From Octopus vulgaris (taxonomy: Eukaryota): 64,000 nt of DNA. The notes under the pieces were generated by a model that saw only the letters and a program-made list of their open reading frames with translations, was not told the DNA's origin and did no database searches. This document shows, in pieces, positions 13,718-26,681 of the stretch. The first letter of the stretch is position 1. Each line of letters starts with the position of its first letter. The stretch is from assembly GCA_951406725.2 (NCBI GenBank), contig OX597820.1:8928001-8992000 (forward strand). The letters are read 5' to 3'. The translations under genes were made by a program, and so were the position numbers.

Positions 13718-14129
13718 TTGAGCTGGCAGAAACGTTAGCACGCCGGGTGAAATGCTTAGTGGTATTTCGTCTGCAGTTACGTTCTGAGTTCAAATTCCAC
13801 CGAGGTAGAATTTGCCTTTCATCCTTTCGGGGTCGATTAAATAAGTACTAGTTACACACTGGGGTCGATATAATCGACTTAATCCGTTTGTCTGTCCTTG
13901 TTTGTCCCCTCTGTGGGTAACCCCTTGTGGATAGTAAAGAAATAGGTATTTCGTCTGCTGCTACGTTCTGAGTTCAAATTCCGCCGAGGTCGACTTTGCC
14001 TTTCATCCTTTCGGGATCGATTAAATAAGTACCAGTTACGCACTGGTGTCGATATAATCGATTTAATCCATTTGTCTGTCCTTGTTTGTCCCCTCTGTGG
14101 GTAGCCCCTTGTGGGTAGTAAAGAAATAG
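13718..14129 (+). mobile_element. Meta-domain SINE: head plus 2 units
   Basis: Same consensus. Confidence 0.9.
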
Positions 14130-14924
14130 ATACTATAACCCTCTACCTTCCCCCTTTTGTGTATTACCACCTTCCACCTCCTCCTCCTCCTTGACCCACT
14201 TCTATTTTTCTTACATTTCTCCAAACTGAGATTCCTTATTGTCCATATCTCCAACCATATTCACCAATCATTGACTTCACTTTTGTCCTCATCTCTACCA
14301 ATCTGTTGCTCACCTTTCACACACTCGTGAACCTACCCACCCTCAAATCTCTGTTCATTTTCTTTCCCTGTCCACCTTTCTGTACCATGAAGATGCAGGA
14401 AGGGGAACACAGACCCCTCATCTTTACCAACCTTTCTCCCAGTTTTTCTGGGGCATCCATGTGTATCTCCTCTACAGCAAGACACCTGTCCTTTTCCCTC
14501 TAACATACTTTAGCCTCTCAATAGCTCACAAAAAGGCCATGTCCCTCAATACTCTAAGCCCTCCTCTGTCGAAGGATCTTGTCTTACAAATTATTTCATG
14601 ATGTCACTAGTGACAGTGCCAGAAAAAGCAGCCAGTACACTCAGTAATGCGGTTAGCATTAGGAAGGGCATCCAACTGTAGAAATGATGCCAAAGGAGAC
14701 AACGGAGTCTGGCACAGTCCTCTGGCTTGCCAGACTCCTGCCATATTGTCTAACACATAACAGCATGGAAGGTAGACATTAAATGCCGATGATGATGATG
14801 ATGATGATGTATGTGTGTGTGTGTGTGTATGTGTATACATGTGTGTGCATGCATGCATGTGTATGTGTGCATGTGTGTGTGTGTGTGACACTAGCACCAG
14901 CAAGATCATCAAATAACTTGCAAA

Positions 14925-15262
14925 ACAGGACCCTTCAACGATTAGGGTTAGGGTTAGGGTTAGGGGTGGGGGAAGGGTATCTTTTTTTCTTCGCAAATGT
15001 AAATAAACCCAATCTGTTTCTTAAACGAGGGACATATTCATACAGCACGGAATGTTATTTAGCTAAATGGAGGTCAGCGATTGGTTAAAATTGCTGAAAT
15101 GCTCGAAATTAAAGACGAAATATCTTACAAACTATAGAATTTTCTCAATAAAGCCGAGAAAAAATGATGTTTTATAAACACATTCTACCAGTATACAAAG
15201 TTTAAAAGTGTTTAGTTAACTAGAAATTGTGTTGACATGTGCCGTTCAAAAAGAAAAGATCC
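14925..15262. mobile_element. Unclassified dispersed repeat carrying (TTAGGG)4; inverted homologue at 62155-62370
   Basis: Shared ACATTCTACCAGTATAC.AAGTTTAAAAGTGTTTAGTTA block; TTAGGG x4 at 14942-14965. Confidence 0.6.
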
Positions 15263-15614
15263 ACGCCCTCGCCTATAAGACGCAACGAAAATTTTAGGAC
15301 AATAAAAATAAGAAAAACGTGGAAATTTTACCAGTGAGTGTGTTACATAATAAGGCACAAAAAGAAAATGACTCTCCCCAGACACAATAGAACATGTCAC
15401 ACAGCTGCAATAGAATGCTGTATCACCAACAATAATGTGATTTCTCTAAGACATCACCCAGTAATCTATCAAGTCCATTTACAGATTTCTCGATACATAT
15501 ATTGCTGTTATGACTTCCCTATGCCTCCATTGTAGATGGGTAAATTTGCTGGTATTCAATAATGAAGGGAGTCAAATTCCAATAAATTTGATTGCAAAAT
15601 AGGAATATAAGAAA

Positions 15615-15982
15615 CTAGCACTATGACCCGGCAACGCCTGGTCATAGTGCTAGTGCATGCATATACAGCTGCGTGCATGCACACATACACGTAAGTACTG
15701 TCCAAATCTCCAACCAATCACATGCAGCTAGCTGGCATTCAATTGGCCAATCAAGTTTCGGGCATTTTGATTGGGTTTTGGATAGAAAATTCACAAAAAA
15801 GTCACTTCTATTGATTTTTTAATGGCTTTGTTGGGTGACTGGGGAAATGTAAAGATGTGCACGACCACCCTTGGACGGTTTTGAATGACCATAGAAAGTG
15901 CGAGCCCTCTAACTGAAAAATTGTGGATTTGTATAAAGGACACACACACAGACAGACATTTTGCCATGTATATATATAGAGA
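15615..15982 (-). mobile_element. Non-autonomous Helitron, 368 bp
   Basis: A|TC…hairpin GCACTATGACC/GGTCATAGTGC…CTAG|T; no TSD. Confidence 0.88.
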
Positions 15983-16984
15983 TTATTAGCTTTGATAAAT
16001 AATTCAGGTGATAAAAGCTAAGTGAGACAACTGTGATACATTTACATATGTGTAAGGAAAAATTTAAAAAAACAAGGAAAAGACAAACAATTTCGACTAG
16101 GACAAATTCGCCTAAAAGAAGGGGAAACTTTTATGGGTTACTCATGGAAAACCTACAAAAACCACAGCCACAATAATCACTGAGCCAACTGCCCACTTCC
16201 AGTAGTCCTTCTCCAAACAATAGGTGTATTGTTTTGCAGATAAATACCATGATTTAGATTTAGAGAACAGAGCAAAGAACAAACAAAACTAGTTTCCCTG
16301 GTCATTGCCATCTCGTCAAGAGTATAAATATCATCTGATCTACAGAGAGAGACAGAGACAGACAGACAGATAGATAAGGAGAGAGAAGAGAGGAGAGCAG
16401 AAGATAAGAGAGAGGGAGACTTTAGCTAACAGCTAAATTCTACGAATAAGCAACACAGCACTACTTTAGCTCATTTGCATATCGGTATGTTGTTTACAAG
16501 TTTATAAATGAATTTACATTTGTCTGTTTTAATAAACATACCTTTAGTTCATTTCCCAAGCATATGGTTGCAGGTTCAATCTCACTGCATGGCACCTTTT
16601 GACTGGATTTGGCAGAGAGAAACTGTATATATATATATATATATACATATATATAAATCAATGTATGTATCATCATCATCATTGTTTAATGTCTGTTTCC
16701 CATGCTGGGATGGGTTGGATGGTTTGGAGGCTGCACTAGGCACCAGTCTGATCTGGCAGTGTTTCTACAGCTGGATGCCCTTCCTAACGCCAACCACTCT
16801 GTGAGTGTAGTGGGTGCTTCTTACGTGCCTCCGGCACAGGTGCCAGGGGTGGCTGGCAATGGCCATGATCAGTTGGTACTTTTTACGTGCCACCAGCACG
16901 GAAGCCAGTCAAGGTCGCACTGGCATCGACCACGTACGGATGGTACTTTTTATGTGCCGCCAGCACAGGTGCCAGGGGAGGCTG

Positions 16985-17079
<95 letters not shown>

Positions 17080-17083
<4 letters not shown>

Positions 17084-17411
17084 GTAAAGACCCCCTTCGG
17101 TCATGAATGACCATGGGATTGAACCTAGAAAGTTACCCTCCTAGACACAAGTCCGGGCAAGGTTGTTTATGGAAGGCCAGCAGTCGCCCATGCATACCAG
17201 CCCCCCTCTTCACGCCACCAGTGTTATCCAAGGGAAAGACAAAGGTCGATACAGCTTGGCACCTTTGACGTCGCAACTCATTTCTACAGCTGAGTGAACT
17301 GGAGCAACGTGAAATAAAGTGCCTTGCTCGAGAACACAACACGCAGCCCGGTCCGGGATTCGAGCTCACAACCTCACGATCGTAAGCTCGACGCTCTAAC
17401 CACTGAGCCAT
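17080..17411 (-). mobile_element. tRNA-derived SINE, third family
   Basis: Head TGGCTCAGTGGTTAGAGCGTC…GAGCTCGAATCCC (A and B boxes), then GTGTTCTCGAGCAAGGCACTTTA…TTCACTCAGCTGTAGAAATGAG. A related fragment is at 29535-29690. Confidence 0.8.
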
Positions 17412-17502
17412 GCATACATATCAATGTATGTATATAATAAAAGTAAAGGAATAAACAATGACAGTTCAATCTGTGGTACATATGTTTTCATAAAATGGTG
17501 AT

Positions 17503-17900
17503 TTACTCTTTTACTCTTTTACTTGTTTCAGTCATTTGACTGTGGTCATGCTGGAGCACCACCTTTTAGTCAAGTAAATCGACCCCAGGACTTATTCTTT
17601 GTAAGCCTAGTACTTATTCTATCAGTCTCTTTTGCTGAACCGCTAAGTCATGGGGACATAAACACACCACTATCAGTTGTCAAGCAATGCTAGGGGGACA
17701 AACACAGACACACAAACACACATGTATATATATACATATATACAATGGGCTTCTTTCAGTTTCCGTCTACCAAATCCACTCACAAGGCTTTGGTCGGCCC
17801 GAGGCTATAGTAGAAGACACTTGCCTAAGGTGCCACGCAGTGGGAATGAACCCGGAACCATGTGGTTGGTAAGCAAGATACTTACCATACAGCCACTCCT
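17503..17900 (-). mobile_element. SINE family A
   Basis: Same consensus. Other copies or fragments: 1470-1568 with 3450-3675, 24732-25131, 29950-30112, 30320-30465, 62417-62709. Confidence 0.88.
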
Positions 17901-18351
17901 CATGCATACATCATACAATAACCAGCCATTACATCAAGCACCCAACTGGTGGTAGAACGAAAATCCCATGCACAGAGAACTGAACCAGAGAAATGCCCTT
18001 TAATCTTATCAATAACAGGATGAGCTGCAAAGGGAATTTAGCCAATCAAACGTCTTTAATATAGTATAAATAACCCAGTCCATAGCATAAATAACTAATG
18101 TGACAACTGAGATTGGAGTTGTGAAGTGCTTGATATCATTAAATAGTCATTCTTAACGTTGTGGTGGAATGATAAAAGGAAAATGTTATTACTTGATTAA
18201 TTAATTATTAAAGTTGCTACAGTGTACACTGCAAACTACTAAGCTAATAATTATGATCACTGTCAAGGAGATGAGCTGGCAGAACCGTTAGCACTCCGGG
18301 CGAAATGCGTAGCCGTATTTCGTCTGCCGTTACGTTCTGAGTTCAAATTCT

Positions 18352-18794
18352 GCGTTGCCAGACATAGGGTCTTCCAGCAGCCACCCTCTTGACCCATCGC
18401 AGCACTACCACCTCCAGGCATTTGATATAGGCCTCTGTGTTGAGTCTGAGGCTATGTGGGAAGATGGATGGAGGCATAATGTCGCCATCACTAGTGATCC
18501 CTCCAAACACCATGATGTTGACTAGATGCTTGATTTTTATCACTCTCGGTATATGTCCTTAGATTGACACCCAAACACTCTGAAATGTTCATATTGGAGC
18601 TTCCGGTACAAATGCCAAGCAGTACAGCATGTTTCCAAATTTCTGGCAGAGTGAATTGCATCTTGGTGCTGTTTTTCTCACAGACGGTACCCAACTGACC
18701 CTACTATACTGAGTAGTCGACAAAATCAAAATCAAACAATGCGCATGCATGAAATTAAAAATATAAAATGGTAACAATTTACCCATCGCACTCT
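18352..18794 (-). mobile_element. Tc1/mariner transposon fragment (one end plus partial transposase)
   Basis: IMVFGGITSDGDIMPP.IF…LNTEAYIKCLE…YVWQ lies just before the second catalytic Asp region; TIR-like CAGAGTGCGATGGGTAAATTG. Confidence 0.7.
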
Positions 18795-19089
18795 GTGTGT
18801 GTGTGTATGTCATCATCATCATCATCATCGTCGTTTAACATCCGCTTTCCATGCTAGCATGTGTTGGATGATTTGACTGAGGTCTGGCGAACCAGATGGC
18901 TGCACCAGACTCCAATCTGATCTGGCAGAGTTTCTACAGCTGGATGCCCTTCCTACTGCCAACCACTCTGAGAGTGTAGTGGGTGCTTTTACGTGCCACC
19001 AGCACGAGGTCCATATATGTGTATATATATATCTATATGCCAGCATGAACAATGGAGGTTAAATGATGATATATATATATATATTCTGA

Positions 19090-20170
19090 ACCAAACATTT
19101 TTTGTGAATGGAATAAGGTTAGAAGTCACTGAGACCTTTGTTTATCTTGAAAGCACAATGTCAAAAGATGGTGGTCATGATGCGGAGATATACTATTGAA
19201 TAGGGATGGGAAGTGTTGCATTTGGAAAGCGCGAAAAGTGAGTATTGGTGGATAGAGGTATTTCCCAGCAGACAAAATCGGTGTCTATAAAGTGTGTTTA
19301 TTGTCTGTGCTGCTTTATTTAAGTGAGACATGGACCATTTACAAGCATCACATAAAAATGTTGGAGCAAGTTTATCAAAAGTGCCTCAGAAGTATCTTAA
19401 GAGTCAAGTGGGAATGTTTCACCAGATACAGAGGTTTTGCCCATGACATGTTGCAGCTCAATTGACCAAGATGTTATCTTGGCTCAAATGAGATGGACTG
19501 GACATGTTATTAGAATGAAAGACAAGCGATTGCCTAAGTGTCATTTTTTTTTGGTGAGCCCAACATAAGCTCATAAGTAAGTGACCACAACATAAGCTGA
19601 GGAAAAGATATAAAGACTGTGTGAAGGAAAACCTGAAGAAACTAGATATGAAAAAAAGTGATTGAAAAAATGATGTTCTGGATCAGAACAAGAGGAGAGG
19701 TGCTGTTAGGACTGGTTGCCATGCCTGGGAGGAAAAGATGATTCAGTACTCTGAGCTTAAAAGGGCCTGTTGCAAAGGAACAATTGGAACTGAAATCAAC
19801 AGTGAATATTGGATATGTATTATATGTGAGCGTGTTCTGTTGTCAAAAGCAGGACACGTGAATCATATGAAGTTGCATGAAAATCGAAATACCCAGATAG
19901 GTAATAACCTTGGACACCGACTGCCTCTTATGACTCGTGTCATATGTCACAAAACTTGTAAGACGATATCTGTACTTGAAAGACATATGCTAGTCCACAA
20001 AAATATTCCTTCAGAATCAGATTACAAAGGGCAAAGAGGTAGAAGAAACTTGAATAATATGTGTCACTTGTATTTTAAACAGCTGGTCCTAAAAGTCATC
20101 CGAGGGCTCATCAACGGAGGGATTGTACTGTGTGATGGGGTGAGGTGTGTGTGTTGAAGCAATCATCGTG
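19090..20170 (+). mobile_element. 3' part of an RTE/BovB-type LINE with C-terminal Cys/His motifs
   Basis: LEVTETFVYLESTMS, LLYLSETWT and RWTGHVIRM; CIICERVLLSKAGHVNHMKLH; multiple stops. Confidence 0.8.
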
Positions 20171-20378
20171 TATATATATATATATATATACATATATGCA
20201 TATATATGCATATGTGTCTGTGTGTGTATATATATATATATACACACACACACAAACATATATATGTATGTATCTATGCATGTATATATATATATATATA
20301 TATATATGCATATATATATATGCATGTATGCATGTATATATGTATATATATGTATGTATGCATGTATATATATGCATG

Positions 20379-20422
<44 letters not shown>

Positions 20423-20463
20423 CACACACAGACACATACACATATTTGTGTATATATATATAT

Positions 20464-20537
<74 letters not shown>
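20170..20537. repeat. Compound (TA/TG) microsatellite
   Basis: Direct reading. Confidence 0.95.
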
Positions 20538-20539
<2 letters not shown>

Positions 20540-21054
20540 CTATTGTCCTGGATATAGTTTTAAGCTGTATTTGGTTGTGGGGCACTGGTATGGGAGTTCC
20601 AGGGTTTTGAGAGTGTGGAACCAGCTCTTAAGCACTATTGTTCCCAGGTCTACTTCGACCCAGAGTTGTAATGCTTGTTAGGGTTCTAGATACAGGCTGA
20701 TTAGTATGTAAACCGCCAGAAGTGAAGGGTTCTTAGTTCTCATTAGAACAGCCTTCTAGGGGAAGGCAAACTTGTATAAAAAAAAAAACCTGAAGTGCAG
20801 TTGTTTTCTGGTCATCTCAACCTCTGTTGTGCCACTGGTTTTATAGCTTATTGCATTGAAAAGTGGGTTCAATACTGGGCTGCACTTTATCCACTCATAA
20901 CAAATTGATACACAGAAACTTCTTGAACTCTTGGAATGTTTGCACAGATTGACTGAGTTTAGGAAGTGGTCTTATGCAGTCATGAGTTGACTGCCAACCG
21001 CGTGCGCGCGTGCGTGTGTTTAATCGATTGGTTTGGATCACAGTGATCATAATT

Positions 21055-21661
21055 TATTTCTTTACTACCCACAAGGGGCTAAACACAGAGAGGACAAACA
21101 AGGACAGACAAACGGATTAAGTCAATTACATCAACCCCACAGTGTGTAACTGGTACTTAATTTATCGACCCCGAAAGGATGAAAGGCAAAGTCGACCTTG
21201 GCGGAATTTGAACTCAGAACGTAGCGGCAAACGAAATAGCTATTTCTGTACTACCCACAAGGAGCTAAACACAGAGAGGACAAACAAGGACGGATAAACG
21301 GATTAAGTCGATTACATCGACCCCCAGTGCGTAAATGGTACTTAATTTATCGACCCCGAAAAGATGAAAGGCAAAGTCGACCTTGGCGGAATTTGAACTC
21401 AGAACGTAGCGGCAGACAAAATACCTATTTCATTACTACCCACAAGGGGCTAAACACAGAGAGGACAAACAAGGACAGACAAACGGATTAAGTCGATTAC
21501 ATCGACCCAAGTGCATTGCATAACTGGTACTTATTTAATCGACCCCGAAAGGATGAAAGGCAAAGTCGACCTCGGCGGAATTTGAACTCAGAACGTAGCG
21601 GCAGACGAAATACCGCTAAGCATTTCGTCCATCGTGTTATCGTTTCTGCCAGCTCGCCACC
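21055..21661 (-). mobile_element. Meta-domain SINE: head plus 3 units
   Basis: Same consensus and same unit junction. Confidence 0.9.
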
Positions 21662-21759
21662 TTGAGAAACTATTAGTACCTCATGTCTTTATAGTGCATA
21701 CATTAAATGATACAAGTGTGTGTGTGAGTGGGTGGGTGGGTGTATATATATACATAAAT

Positions 21760-22050
21760 ACATCAGCGCAGTGTCAGTGTACACGTCCAACAGAATGCTA
21801 GTGTATTGAGAGTTAGGAGTTAGATGCAGCGTGCAAAATAGAAAATGCACATGTTTGGTCATGTGATGCTTATAGGTGCAGACAGCTGCATAAAGAAGTC
21901 CTGATCTCTTAACGTGGGTGGAACTTGTGGAAGAGGAAGACCCAGGAAGACATGGGATGAAGGCCGTACCAAGATGCTGTACTTTATGAAGGAGATAACA
22001 AAGGACCGAGATATCTGTGTTTTGCTATGCTCCAAAAGAACCATACATCA
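21760..22050 (+). mobile_element. RTE LINE C-terminal fragment
   Basis: GHVM…SCIKK…GTCGRGRPRKTWDE. Confidence 0.7.
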
Positions 22051-22765
22051 CAGTAGAATTTATATCTTTAAACCATTCTGGTAATGCTTACCTCCTTCCT
22101 CTCTGGCCCATCAACCTTCTCCCATCACATTTCATCCTCTAACATCCATCACTATCTCTCTCACCTGAGAGCAGAATAGGTGCATACAACACCCCTTGGC
22201 TTTCTTCCCCTGCCTACTGTCTGGGTAGTTACTCTCAGAAACCTAGGTCTGTGAGTATCACGTAAGGCTAAGAGATGGGATAAATTACCTCCTTTGTATA
22301 TGCTAAACGGGCACAAACTGTGTGTCGGCAACCAATTGGAAAAGATGTTTTCCTGGGGCTAAATAACAGTAACACCGTCCTCATATAGGGGTGCCACATT
22401 ATGTTGGCAAATAAACTTAACTATTTGGTATTGTTACTATATATCACTTGCTCAGAGATTTAAAACAAGCTATATCATAAATCTCTTGGTACAAAGGCAC
22501 ATCCCATCAATAATACTCCCTCTACCAGTTGAGGGGGTTTTGTCTTGCAAGGTACTTGGGGACCGTCAGTGCTGGTGTCTGGTGTCACATAAAAAGCACT
22601 GGTTCTGGTGCCATGTCAAAAGCACAAGCACTCGGTACGCTGTAAAGTGGTTGGCATTAGGAATGACATCCAGCTGTAGAAACCATGCCAAAACAATGGA
22701 ATCTAGAGCAGCTTCCAGAATTGCCAGCTCCTGTGAAACCATCCAGCCCACAGCAGCATGGAAAA

Positions 22766-23132
22766 TCTCTATATATATAAACGGCAAAATGTCTGTCTGT
22801 GTGTGTGTCCTTTATACAAATCCACAATTTTTCAGTTAGAGGGCTCGCACTTTCTATGGTCATTCAAAACCGTCCAAGGGTGGTCGTGCACATCTTTACA
22901 TTTCCCCAGTCACCCAACAAAGCCATTAAAAAATCAATAGAAGTGACTTTTTTGTGAATTTTCTATCCAAAACCCAATCAAAATGCCTGAAACTTGATAC
23001 GCCAATTGAATGCCAGCTAGCTGTATGTGACTGGTCGGAGATTTGGACAGTACTCGCATGTATGTGCACACGCACACAGCTGTATATGCATGCACTAGCA
23101 CTATGACCCGGCAATGCCGGTCATAGTGCCAG
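22766..23132 (+). mobile_element. Non-autonomous Helitron, 367 bp, inserted in an RTE tail
   Basis: A|TC…CCAG|T. Removing it restores GCATGGAAAA|TGGATATTAAATGA of the host repeat. Confidence 0.9.
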
Positions 23133-23670
23133 TGGATATTAAATGACAATGGTGATGATATATATCTATATATTCATTACCTTACACTGATGTCTCAACT
23201 TTTTGGTGGAGTCATGGGAACACATTATTGTGATACTCGCCCTGTCTTGGGCATTTTTAGACCTGGCAGATATGTCACTTTGTCAAACAATAAAACTGCT
23301 CATAGTTTGAGCCATCACCTTGTCAAACAGTAACACTATGAGGTAAATATGACAACAACACAGTTAGCATTGGGGGGAATCAGAAAAAAGTCAAGCGGGT
23401 CTTCAAAAGTGTGATGTGAATTTAACTTACCACCACTACACAACTGTTGGATCAGAGCTGATGTAAGGCTCAAGAACAACTATCCATTGCTTTGCATTGC
23501 CAAGAACTTATCTCAGGGGAAATATACAATATAATGTTATGTTATTTTTCACTAGGAAGGCACCCAAATGTATATATATATATATATATATATAAGGATA
23601 AGATCGTTAATTTAAAATAAAATAACAAGTGGCCAGCATGGAAAAAATAACCTTCAAAGGTAATAATTAT

Positions 23671-23831
23671 TAAAATTATAAATTAGGGTATCTCATAGAT
23701 ACCACCATGCTGAAAATAGCAGCCATGATCTGACTCTAAAACCACCTTAATTTAAGGTGGTTTTAGAGTCAGATCATGGCTGCTATTTTCAGCATGGTGG
23801 TATCTACAAGATATCCTAATTTATAATTTTA
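23671..23831. repeat. Palindrome with 80-bp arms and a 1-nt loop (centre 23751)
   Basis: The inner 55 bp are perfect, with 3 mismatches in the outer arm; (AT)n tracts lie on both sides. Confidence 0.95.
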
Positions 23832-23848
23832 TATATATATATATATAT

Positions 23849-23943
23849 ATCTGTAAAATAATATGTGACAATTATTCGGTAGCCAAGATAAAACTCTGAG
23901 TTTTATCTTGACTATTGAATAATTGTCATATTATTTTACAGAT
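23849..23943. repeat. Imperfect palindrome with arms of about 47 bp (centre 23897)
   Basis: ATCTGTAAAATAATATG…AAAACTC-T-GAGTTTT…CATATTATTTTACAGAT. Confidence 0.9.
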
Positions 23944-24005
23944 AAATTCCTTTATTTACATAATATTGAGGTCTCTTTCTTTCTTTCGTTATCTTACCGT
24001 TTTTA

Positions 24006-24050
<45 letters not shown>

Positions 24051-26362
24051 CATAACTTAGGAGAAAGAGTAATATCCACACAGCCTTTTGGAAAGACCCT
24101 TTCTTAATGGGATGAAGAGAAGATATCTTCAGAACAGAGACTTGCCCCAGAATTTGGACACTCAAGAGCCCAAGGGTCAGTGGATGAATAAGTTACCTCT
24201 GGTTTCAAGTCATCACTTGGCTTTAAGTTACCCCACTTACTGTCCTTAAGTCCCCACTTGCCTGAAATCACCTCTTAGCTTTGAAGTGACAGATGAAGTC
24301 TACCACTCAAAAACAGTAGCAATCATTTCCACAAGCTTTCCAACAAAGTTTTGGTTGAAAGCACTTATCCAAAGGGTCAAACTGGGAGATTGAACCTTGA
24401 AAATCTCCAAGTTGTATTTGCAGAGAATTGCAAACAAGACACAGTATTAAAATACTTAGAGCTTAACTTTATCCAAGAAGTTATTCTAATTAAAGGCAGG
24501 GATTAAAGCTGCTAACCATTCTTTTCAAACAATAATCAGCAGTGAATATGAAAGTGTAACAGTCATGCCATTGCCCAAAGCATTCTTCATTAGAGACCCA
24601 GGTAAATATTTTTGGTTCTACAGGTAAATTAAAACAGTATTGACTCTGAAATTATTGCTGGAACTTCTCAGCATTTGATAGAATGGCCTCGTCTTGTGTC
24701 TTTCTTGAGCCAATATGGAAGTATTATACATACTCTTTTATTGTTTCAGTCATTTGACTGCGGCCATGCTGGAGCACCGCCTTTAGTCAAGCAAATCGAC
24801 CCCAGGACTTATTCTTTGTAAGCCCAGTACTTATTCTATCAGTCTCTTTTGCCGAACCACTAAGTGACGGGGACATAAACACACCAGCATCAGTTGTCAA
24901 ACAATGCTAGGGGGACAAACACAGACACACAAACACACACGTACATATATATATATATACATATATACGACAGGCTTCTTTCAGTTTCCGTCTACCAAAT
25001 CCACTCACAAGGCATTGGTCGGCCCAGGGCTATAGCAGAAGACACTTGCCCAAGATGCCACGCAGTGGGACTGAACCCAGAACCATGTGGTTGGTTAGCA
25101 AGCTACTTACCACACAGCCACTCCTGCGCCTACATGGTCATACATGGTCATTCTGTATTAGAATAGCAGTTAAATCACAAACATACTGGCTTAAGAGAAA
25201 AAAAGAATAACTGGAAGAACATATAGCTAATGCAATCCAAGATACACTACACTCAAACAGAAATGGCATGGTGGTCACAACCGGAGTGCTTTCGACTGTA
25301 GGTTTATTCTTTCAAAACTAATTTGTAATTCAGTAATACGGTTTGTTGAGGAGTGTGCAAATTAACAGGTAGTTAATCCAAATTAACAGGTAGTTAATCC
25401 AAAGTCAACCACTTTTAATGTTTATGTATTCGTTTTGTAAGATTCTTGATGTGAAATTGGGTCCTGAAACAAATATTGTTAGATTTTGGGACAGTCGTTT
25501 TTTTGGGGGTTTTTTTGTCTGAAATCTTTCATCACACATCCTGTGTCCTCTGCAGCAACTCCCCATCCCACAGGTCTCTTCTTGTCCTATTTTATCCATT
25601 CTCTGATCAATTCCCTTTAAGTTGTAATCTACTCTTAAAAGTACTCCAATTTTTTTATTTCAATGTATCTATGACTTTTTTTAAAAACGTACGATGTAAT
25701 TTAAAGCAGATTTGGTAGCTATTTCTAGCAGATCAAGTCGTCACATATAGGTGACGTCGGTAGCTTACCATTGACATGTATGCACTAGCGTAGATAGTGG
25801 GTCACTAGGGGCGCACTTTTGGGTCTGCTGTAAGCAATATGTTTTTTGTGGGGTCGGGGGAAGGCAGAAAACGGAAGAGCCACCCCGGGTAGCACACACT
25901 CTAGTTACGCTAATGCATGTATGTATTGTTTAACCCCAGGCCAATCGCAACTAAGAAAACCCATGATCAACGGGATTCCAACAGTGACTATCCCGTCTTT
26001 TTGAGTATTTCGGATTATGTTATACAATGTGGCTTTTTTCTAATGGTTGAGTGTGATTCGAGGGAGGTTTGGCAGCTATTTCTAACAGATCGAACAAGAA
26101 CAAGGAGGGTCCCATAGAATGACAGTGTTGTGTGTTCCTACTGGGAATTGAACGTGAGTATAGAACTGTTGCTCAAAAACAAACTGTTGTACCACACACA
26201 CACACATTGACATATATGGTTTGAATGATTCACTGACATTTGTCTCGCCCAAGATTCGTGTTCTCTCTTTCATTAAGAAGTGCCAATAATTTTTGTCGCG
26301 TTATAAAGAATCGCTCTATCGAATTTAATTCACCTCCGGCGAAATATTCTTCGTCCATAAAA

Positions 26363-26439
26363 TGTGTGCGTGAGTGCGTGTGTGTGTCTGTGTGTGTTTG
26401 TGAGTGTGTGTGTGTGCGTGCGTGCGTGTGTGTGTGTGT

Positions 26440-26484
<45 letters not shown>

Positions 26485-26640
26485 TGTGTGTGTGTGTCTG
26501 TGTGTGTGTCTGTCTGTCTGTCTGTCTGTGTGTGTGTGTGTCTGTGTGTGTGCGTGTGTGTGTCTCTGAGTGTGTGTGTCTGTGTGTGGGGGGTGTCTGT
26601 GTGTGAGTGTCTGTGAGTGAGTGTATGTGCGCGTGCGTGT

Positions 26641-26680
<40 letters not shown>
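26363..26680. repeat. (TG)n-rich microsatellite
   Basis: Direct reading. Confidence 0.95.

Positions 26681-26681
<1 letters not shown>

Noticed and set aside
17340-17411. Possible tRNA gene
   Set aside because: A and B boxes are present, but there is no acceptor stem and the sequence runs into a SINE body.
20089-20681. Many YI/CV/HT-repeat ORFs here and at 7896, 9571, 26240, 27878 and 54301
   Set aside because: They are translations of microsatellites.
26334-26358. Possible minus-strand start mini-exon (MDEEYFAG + GTGAAT), phase-compatible with the Asp-rich ORF
   Set aside because: It is too short and the donor is weak. The needed acceptor near 7624 lacks a pyrimidine tract, so it cannot be supported without transcripts.
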